NCBI GenBank assembly: GCA_964019335.1
Contig: OZ025662.1
Coordinates: 558,001-622,000, forward strand
DNA from: Diplonema japonicum
Taxonomy: Eukaryota > Protista > Euglenozoa: Diplonemea
Direction of reading: 5' to 3'
Length of the DNA: 64,000 bases
The position numbers and the translations under genes were made by a program. Each line of letters opens with the position of its first letter. Within the stretch, counting starts at the first letter, position 1. Positions 54,860 through 64,000 of this stretch are shown here, in pieces. The notes below the pieces were generated by a model, which was not told where the DNA came from, did not search any database, and saw nothing but the letters and a program-made list of their open reading frames with translations.

Positions 54860-55735
54860 ATGACAATAGTCAAGAAAGCACAATTCAAATCACACGGTGG
54901 TGTGGTGTACAAGTACGAGCATGAGTCAGCCTGCACCCAGACAACCATGACCTTCAATGTGTTCCTGCCCGACGTGGTGTCCGACGAGAATAAAGGCTTT
55001 GTTTTGTATTTCTTGGCTGGGCTGACCTGCACGGAGGACAATTTCATGGTCAAGTGCGGGGCGCTGCAGTACGCGGCAAAGGAGAATGTCGTCCTTGTGG
55101 CCCCTGACACCTCACCCAGAGGTGCTGGAGTTGAGGGCGAGGACGACTCATGGGACTTTGGTTCGGGAGCTGGCTTCTACGTGAACGCGACGGAGCCGAA
55201 GTGGGCCAAGCACTACAACATGTTCGACTACATCAACAAGGAGCTGCCGACCATAATCGAGGCGAACTTCCCCGCCCTTCCAGGCTACAAGAGCATCACC
55301 GGCCACTCCATGGGAGGCCACGGTGCGCTCATCTCCGCCTTCAAGAACCCCAACCAGTACGTGTCTGTGTCTGCCTTTGCACCTATCTGCAACCCTATGA
55401 AGTGCCCGTGGGGTGACAAGGCCTTCAAGGGTTACCTTGGAAGCGTGGAGGCTGGGAAGGACTGGGATTCCACGGAACTGATGAGGAAGAGCGGTCCCTT
55501 CCCTTTCAAGATCATGATCGATGTCGGGACAGAGGACCCGTGGGGCATGGCTGGCAAAGTGGACCAGCTGCAGCAAGACGCCCTTGACGAGGCCATGGCT
55601 GAGAAAAAGCAGGACGTGGTGTCTCGCAAGCACCCCGGCTATGAGCACGGCTACTATTTCGTATCCACCTTTATCGAGGAGCACATCAAATTCCACGCAG
55701 ACGAAATGCGAAAAGCCATCGCAGCGAAAAAGTAA
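54860..55735 (+). CDS. ESD: S-formylglutathione hydrolase (esterase D), stand-alone
   Basis: [23 protein letters not shown] nucleophile, GYEHGYYF. Confidence 0.95.
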   Translation: MTIVKKAQFKSHGGVVYKYEHESACTQTTMTFNVFLPDVVSDENKGFVLYFLAGLTCTEDNFMVKCGALQYAAKENVVLVAPDTSPRGAGVEGEDDSWDFGSGAGFYVNATEPKWAKHYNMFDYINKELPTIIEANFPALPGYKSITGHSMGGHGALISAFKNPNQYVSVSAFAPICNPMKCPWGDKAFKGYLGSVEAGKDWDSTELMRKSGPFPFKIMIDVGTEDPWGMAGKVDQLQQDALDEAMAEKKQDVVSRKHPGYEHGYYFVSTFIEEHIKFHADEMRKAIAAKK

Positions 55736-56045
55736 GTCGCCTATGGTGGCACCAAACGTTTCCCCGCCGGTCTTTACCCAGGGTCGCTTGTTCAGGTCGT
55801 GAATATCCCTGAAACCTGCTGCGAAAAACATACCCCCTGGAGTTCCTGTACTTGAGCGTTATTTTTTTTTTTACCAACCAGCGCACCGCAAAAATAGATC
55901 GAGTTTTTTCTTGCTTCTCCTCTTTCTCATACTCACTAGGATCTCGAGTGATAAAGAAAAGACCTCTTTCCGCATCGTTCGATTTTCCCGCTTCAGTCTA
56001 GCGCTTTTTCAATGAAACACCATCACAGGAGGTTTACTTTTTTGA

Positions 56046-58103
<2,058 letters not shown>

Positions 58104-58720
58104 AGCCGGTTCTCTTTTCCTTCATTGAAGTTTGCTTATAAAATAACGTCGTTTTTTTCTCTTCTTTTTAAGATTTTTGAACTTCAAGGACACGCTGGTG
58201 CAGATAAGGAGACCTGACCGCGAATGGGTGTAACAGAATACTTCTTGGTGGGTCGTCGTTTTCCCTGGTGGTCTCCCTATCAATGTGATTTCTTTTTGAG
58301 TAGGTCGCCAACGGCGGGTTTGCCTGTTCTCTTTTTTTATTTGCTAAACAGAACACATATTCCCTCCCCTCTCCCTCAGTTTTTTGCCGCGTGAATGCGA
58401 TAAAAAGGCAGCCATAATACCCTTCCAAGTGTTGCTCATACAGACTCGCTATTTTGCGCTTTTCTTTCTCTTCTCTGCACTGAGAATTTTTTTTTTTGTG
58501 TTGGTTTTCCTGCTTTTTTAAAAGGGTTTGGTGGTGGTATTTATAAAAGGATTGATGGTTGGGTGAGATCACTTTAAAGGTGACGTTGATATGGGGGTAA
58601 GTGGCTTGCTACCCGCTCGATTGACCCCTTTCCTTCGTTCCATAATTTATATTTAAGTTTTTTTTTTGTCACGTTCGGGGTTTTTAATACAAGTTCTCTC
58701 AGTTACATTAATAAACAAAA

Positions 58721-58817
58721 CATTGCACTGCACTGAGAAGGTGAAGGTGATGAGGCTCTTGGAGCGAACAGGGACTGCCTTCGGTGGCTAGAAGAGCAAT
58801 TCCTTCATTGAAGGTTT
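58721..58817 (+). pseudogene. Collapsed relic of the 3' end and 3'UTR of the fusion gene
   Basis: Three collinear blocks matching ~57766-57811, 57918-57945 and 58117-58130. Confidence 0.7.
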
Positions 58818-58827
58818 ACGCGCTCAG

Positions 58828-59256
58828 GTGTCCAGTGCGAGACGCTATGAAGTAAGACAAACCGACTGTCGCAAAAGACGTCTTTTACTGGAATGGAAGC
58901 TGGTGGAGGAAGCTCCAGTCACGGAGGCCGCTGATATCGTACAGACTGCGGCGGATCATCAGCGGTGCAGTGGGGGAAATAATTGGACGAACGTGAGGGT
59001 GTGGCGAGCTCGTCTGCGACCACCGATGCCAGACATCTTGGGGGCCGACGACACACGGCTACGACAGGAGACCACTCTTCTTCTCGAGACAAACCGCCCC
59101 CCCTACCTAGCACGACGTCAAGCTATGTTTCTCGCCCAGACCGCATCGCGACAACCAGACACCGCAGGCACCAGACAGTAACCGCAGAACGGTGACCGAT
59201 TAGTGTGAATTTCTCCCTGAAGGTGGTGAGCACCCACCCGCCCACCGAAATTTATC
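58828..59256 (+). mobile_element. Dispersed repeat copy B (59032-59256) with possible decayed non-LTR ORF C-terminus upstream
   Basis: Homologous to 23099-23327; ORF remnant ..PDILGADD..LLLETNR resembles LINE ORF2 C-termini. Confidence 0.6.
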
Positions 59257-59306
59257 GAATTCTTATTTTTTGCGCTCATTATCTAGCTATACTGATTCCT
59301 CGGAGG

Positions 59307-60560
59307 ATGGAAAGATCAATGGACAAGATGACCGGGTTAGCAACAAGGGGGGAGCCGTCCGACGAACTCCACCGTGCTGCGATAGAAGGTGATGTGGACG
59401 AAATCTGTCGGCTTGTCGCTGAGCGCGGCTTCAACCCTGGTGCAAAGGACAAGTATGGTATGACAGCTTTGCATGCGGCAGCTTTTCACAACCGTCCCAA
59501 GGCCCTGAATAGTCTCATCAACTTTCACCACCAAAACCCTGGTGTGAAGAACAATGTAGGTGGGACACCCCTACATGCTGCAGCATGTGGCGGCCACATT
59601 TTCATCGTGAAGCTTCTCATCGATGTTTACAAGCAAAGCCCTGTTTCTTCCACCTTCATCGGGGCAACACCTCTCCACACAGCAGCATTGCGTGGCCGCA
59701 TCGATATTGTGAAGCTTCTCATCGATGGGTACAATCAGAACCCTGCCATTATACAGCCCAGTGGTTTGACACCGCTTCACGTTGCGGCTATGGCCGGACA
59801 CATTGATATAGTTGTACTCCTCATCGATGTTTACGGGCAAAGCCCGAGCGATGGGTACCTCGACTCGAAACCGGTGCACAACGCAGCAAAAGGCGGCCAA
59901 ACAAATGTCATCAAGCTCCTCGTCAACACTTACGGTGTGGACCCTGGCTCGGAACGAATTGATGGAACGACACCGCTCCACATTGCGGCAATGCATGGCC
60001 ACGTCGAAACAGTTAAGCTCCTCATTGATATTTACAAGCAAAATCCTGGTGCTGAAATCAGGAGATGCTTGACACCACTCTTTCTAGCAGTTCAGCAAGG
60101 CCACATGGAGATGACCCGGCTGTTGATCGACGTTTACAAGCAAAACCCGAGTCAGCGATGCAACGACCGGACACTGCTTTATGTCGCTTCGTACCATGGC
60201 AATCTAGATATTGTCAAACTGTTAATCGATACCTACGCCCAAGACCCTTCCCACACAAATTGCGGTGGCGAGACTCCGCTGCACGCAGCCTCGCTGCATG
60301 GGCATATCGATATCGTCAGGCTTCTCGTGGACGTTTACGGGCAAAACATCAATGTAGAAGACCACTCAGGCATAACACCACTTTCAATTTCAGCATCACA
60401 TGGCGATACAAAGCTTCTGGAGCTCCTCATCGATGTTTATAAGTGTGACATCACTGTCAAGCAGAAAGGCGTGTCGCTTTTGTGTCGAGCAGTGCGCAGA
60501 CGCAATCTTGAAGTGATAAAGTTCATCGTCAACAGGAGGATGCACAAGAGTGGTCTCTGA
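59307..60560 (+). CDS. Ankyrin-repeat protein (~12 repeats)
   Basis: Repeated G.TPLH.AA..GH..IV.LLIDVY.Q. Confidence 0.9.
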   Translation: MERSMDKMTGLATRGEPSDELHRAAIEGDVDEICRLVAERGFNPGAKDKYGMTALHAAAFHNRPKALNSLINFHHQNPGVKNNVGGTPLHAAACGGHIFIVKLLIDVYKQSPVSSTFIGATPLHTAALRGRIDIVKLLIDGYNQNPAIIQPSGLTPLHVAAMAGHIDIVVLLIDVYGQSPSDGYLDSKPVHNAAKGGQTNVIKLLVNTYGVDPGSERIDGTTPLHIAAMHGHVETVKLLIDIYKQNPGAEIRRCLTPLFLAVQQGHMEMTRLLIDVYKQNPSQRCNDRTLLYVASYHGNLDIVKLLIDTYAQDPSHTNCGGETPLHAASLHGHIDIVRLLVDVYGQNINVEDHSGITPLSISASHGDTKLLELLIDVYKCDITVKQKGVSLLCRAVRRRNLEVIKFIVNRRMHKSGL

Positions 60561-60684
60561 TGGCCCGACGCGCGAAGATCTTGTCCTCACTGAACAATCT
60601 AACCCCAGGTGCACTCGAGATTCAACATTTCTATGTTTTTGACTTGGCTTGTTGCAATGCCTTTCAGTTTACACCAATACATGA

Positions 60685-62646
60685 ATGTATCTAGTGATAG
60701 GGGTGGTAGCTGTGCTAAGTGATGCCAAATGTGTGGATGAGTGCATGTGCTGCATGTGTGGATGTTACACAAATGATACCGAATGTGTTGTACTGGACAA
60801 GAACGAGGATGGTGTAAGACAGTACTGCTGCAACGCTGCTGACGAAGGTGGGACGTGCAATGGGAAGCATCTGTATCGAGGAGAGTGTGGAGCACCGTCG
60901 TGCAAAGCGCGGCCTGTGTGTCCAGATGCTGGGCTAGACCACTCGCCACTGTGGTGGTTGCTACTACTATTCATCCCGCTTATTACTGGGTTCAACCTCC
61001 TCATCCGACTACCGACTGTGAGGAACATTGCGATTGATGCCCATCCCGACCCGCATTACCTTCCTCACCTGTCCGTGAATGAGGTGACAACAGACAGCCC
61101 TTCTGTGAGGACTAAGATGAACGCCATCCTTGATATGCAGCGAAAGCTCGGTGACGTCACAGGTCAGGTCCGCAGCCTGAAGGCCAACGTCACGGAACAT
61201 CTACCTAGCCACCTCATCGACCTCCGCGAGCACCTCTCCGATGCCCGCACTGCAGGAGGCGACGTGGCAGACATGCAGCACGACATCGCTGCCATCGTCG
61301 CTGCTGCCAAAGACATGTCGGACATCAAAGCCTCCGAACGCGACCGTCTCCCCCTCGATGTCATCGCCAGTGTCAATGCGGAGATCGCAGGCTTCAACGC
61401 CTCTATCGCAGAGCTGACACAGAACATCACATATGCCGAAGAAGAAAAGCAAGTTGTCGAAGCAGAGCTCGAGGAACTTCAGAAGGAAGAGGAACGGTAC
61501 CAGTCCCACAAGCAGCAGGTAGCCGTACTGGAGTCGTCTCTGAAGGCTGAAAAGAATAACTCCGAAAGGCTGCAAAATGAGCTGCGCGAAATGTCCGAGG
61601 CGGTACAGGCGCTGCGCGAGGAGGAGGCGGCGCTGAAGTCTGGCATCGCACACGTTCAGCAACAATTGAAAGTCACTCGGGAACAGCAAGGGGAGGTGCA
61701 GGAGGAGCTGTGCAGGGTCAACGATGGGGCACGTGTAGGAGCGACAGAGAACGAGGACGAGATGGTGGCGGCAGAGCAGGTGCTTGTGGAGCTGACGGAA
61801 AAGGTCGAGTCACAGAGGATGTTGCTGAGTGAAAAACAAAACGCAACACAAGTGTTGAAAACAAAGCTCGAAAACATGGAGGAGCTGGCGAGGCGCACAA
61901 TGAAAGAGCAGGAATCGCAGGGTAACAGGGCGTCCCTATCGGTAAAGGCCATGCAACGAGTGGAGATGCGATTGACGAACTCAAAAAAGAAACAAGAAGT
62001 GGTGGAAGAGACCGCTACGTGCACCACCGCACGGCACAACACGTCACGTGCCTCGCTAGAGGATTGCAACGGGACCCTAGCGTCTTTGCGAGAGAAGCAC
62101 GCGAAGCTCTTCGAAGACAAGAGCTTGCTTGAAGCAAAACACGCAAGCAAGAAGACAGCCACACAGACACTCCTTATCGAGAAGTTGAAGAAGAAGAATG
62201 AGCTGTCCTCCTGTACAAAAGAAGCAAAAGAGATTGATGAAAAGATCGAGGCTAGCATAGCCAGCGGAGTAGTGCTGAAGCAAGAGATTGCTAAGTGTAA
62301 AGAAGAGGCGGTGGCTGCGAAAGAAAAGCACAATGCAAAATGCGAACTGCTCGTGAAGTTGAAGCAAGAGCTGCTCAGGAAGAGCAAAGTTCTGGCCGCT
62401 GTCAGCGAGGAGACTTCGGCGGAAGTCAGAAAGCACGACGACGAGCTGGCACAGGCCGTCGCTGCGCACGATGAGGTGCAGGAAAAGATCGGGAACCTTA
62501 AAGCGTCCATCGAGTCCGTACGCACCACTCTCGCATTGCAAACTTCTCGTTTCCAAGAGGAGCTGGTCCACCTCACCACTTTGAACGCCAACAAACAACA
62601 AGAACTCGACAAGTTAGATGAAAACATCGGCAAGTTGCAGTCGTAA
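60685..62646 (+). CDS. Type I membrane protein: Cys-rich ectodomain, TM, long coiled coil
   Basis: Hydrophobic N-terminus, ~12 Cys in 70 aa, LWWLLLLFIPLITG TM, ~480-aa heptad-rich tail. Confidence 0.75.
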   Translation: MYLVIGVVAVLSDAKCVDECMCCMCGCYTNDTECVVLDKNEDGVRQYCCNAADEGGTCNGKHLYRGECGAPSCKARPVCPDAGLDHSPLWWLLLLFIPLITGFNLLIRLPTVRNIAIDAHPDPHYLPHLSVNEVTTDSPSVRTKMNAILDMQRKLGDVTGQVRSLKANVTEHLPSHLIDLREHLSDARTAGGDVADMQHDIAAIVAAAKDMSDIKASERDRLPLDVIASVNAEIAGFNASIAELTQNITYAEEEKQVVEAELEELQKEEERYQSHKQQVAVLESSLKAEKNNSERLQNELREMSEAVQALREEEAALKSGIAHVQQQLKVTREQQGEVQEELCRVNDGARVGATENEDEMVAAEQVLVELTEKVESQRMLLSEKQNATQVLKTKLENMEELARRTMKEQESQGNRASLSVKAMQRVEMRLTNSKKKQEVVEETATCTTARHNTSRASLEDCNGTLASLREKHAKLFEDKSLLEAKHASKKTATQTLLIEKLKKKNELSSCTKEAKEIDEKIEASIASGVVLKQEIAKCKEEAVAAKEKHNAKCELLVKLKQELLRKSKVLAAVSEETSAEVRKHDDELAQAVAAHDEVQEKIGNLKASIESVRTTLALQTSRFQEELVHLTTLNANKQQELDKLDENIGKLQS

Positions 62647-62678
62647 TGATATTTATTCCATTTTTACATTGAACATAA

Positions 62679-63893
<1,215 letters not shown>

Positions 63894-64000
63894 AGCTGTC
63901 GTTGCCGCCTTCCTGACTGTTTTTCTGTGTTTTAAAGACTGAAAACGCGAATCTATCTATTTTCTAAAAGCACACTGGGCATTACACACTGGAGGGATGG

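Overview
Eukaryotic, gene-dense window. About 38 protein genes all lie on the + strand, separated by short spacers full of A/T/G/C homopolymer runs. This co-directional layout, plus mitochondrial HslV, a kinetoplastid-type calpain and Thr-Asp/Asn-Ala-Pro mucin-stalk membrane proteins, suggests a euglenozoan, most likely a diplonemid (inference). Many ORF-track calls are fragments of spliced genes. I reconstructed 29 GT-AG introns by hand: 28 of 32-75 nt, mostly with a GTATG donor and often a poly-A tract instead of a polypyrimidine tract, plus one 645-nt outlier holding repeat arrays. Recognisable genes include RBBP4-like WD40, EDR1-domain protein, calpain, sulfotransferase, P1B Cu-ATPase, a 4-domain Ca channel, CTD-like phosphatase, VID27, acylphosphatase, Rab GDI, proteasome beta7, katanin p80, HslV, dihydropyrimidinase and delta-tubulin. 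Main points of interest: (1) a formaldehyde-detox locus with stand-alone SFGH, an SFGH-FALDH fusion, a collapsed FALDH relic and stand-alone FALDH, sharing identical DNA tracts; (2) the poly-A micro-intron system; (3) a SAM protein with ten CxxC..HxxC fingers; (4) three near-identical dispersed SCP2 genes; (5) a candidate single-hairpin AGA-box snoRNA; (6) two spliced microproteins absent from the ORF track. Intron boundaries and homologies were read by eye, and homopolymer lengths may be unreliable.
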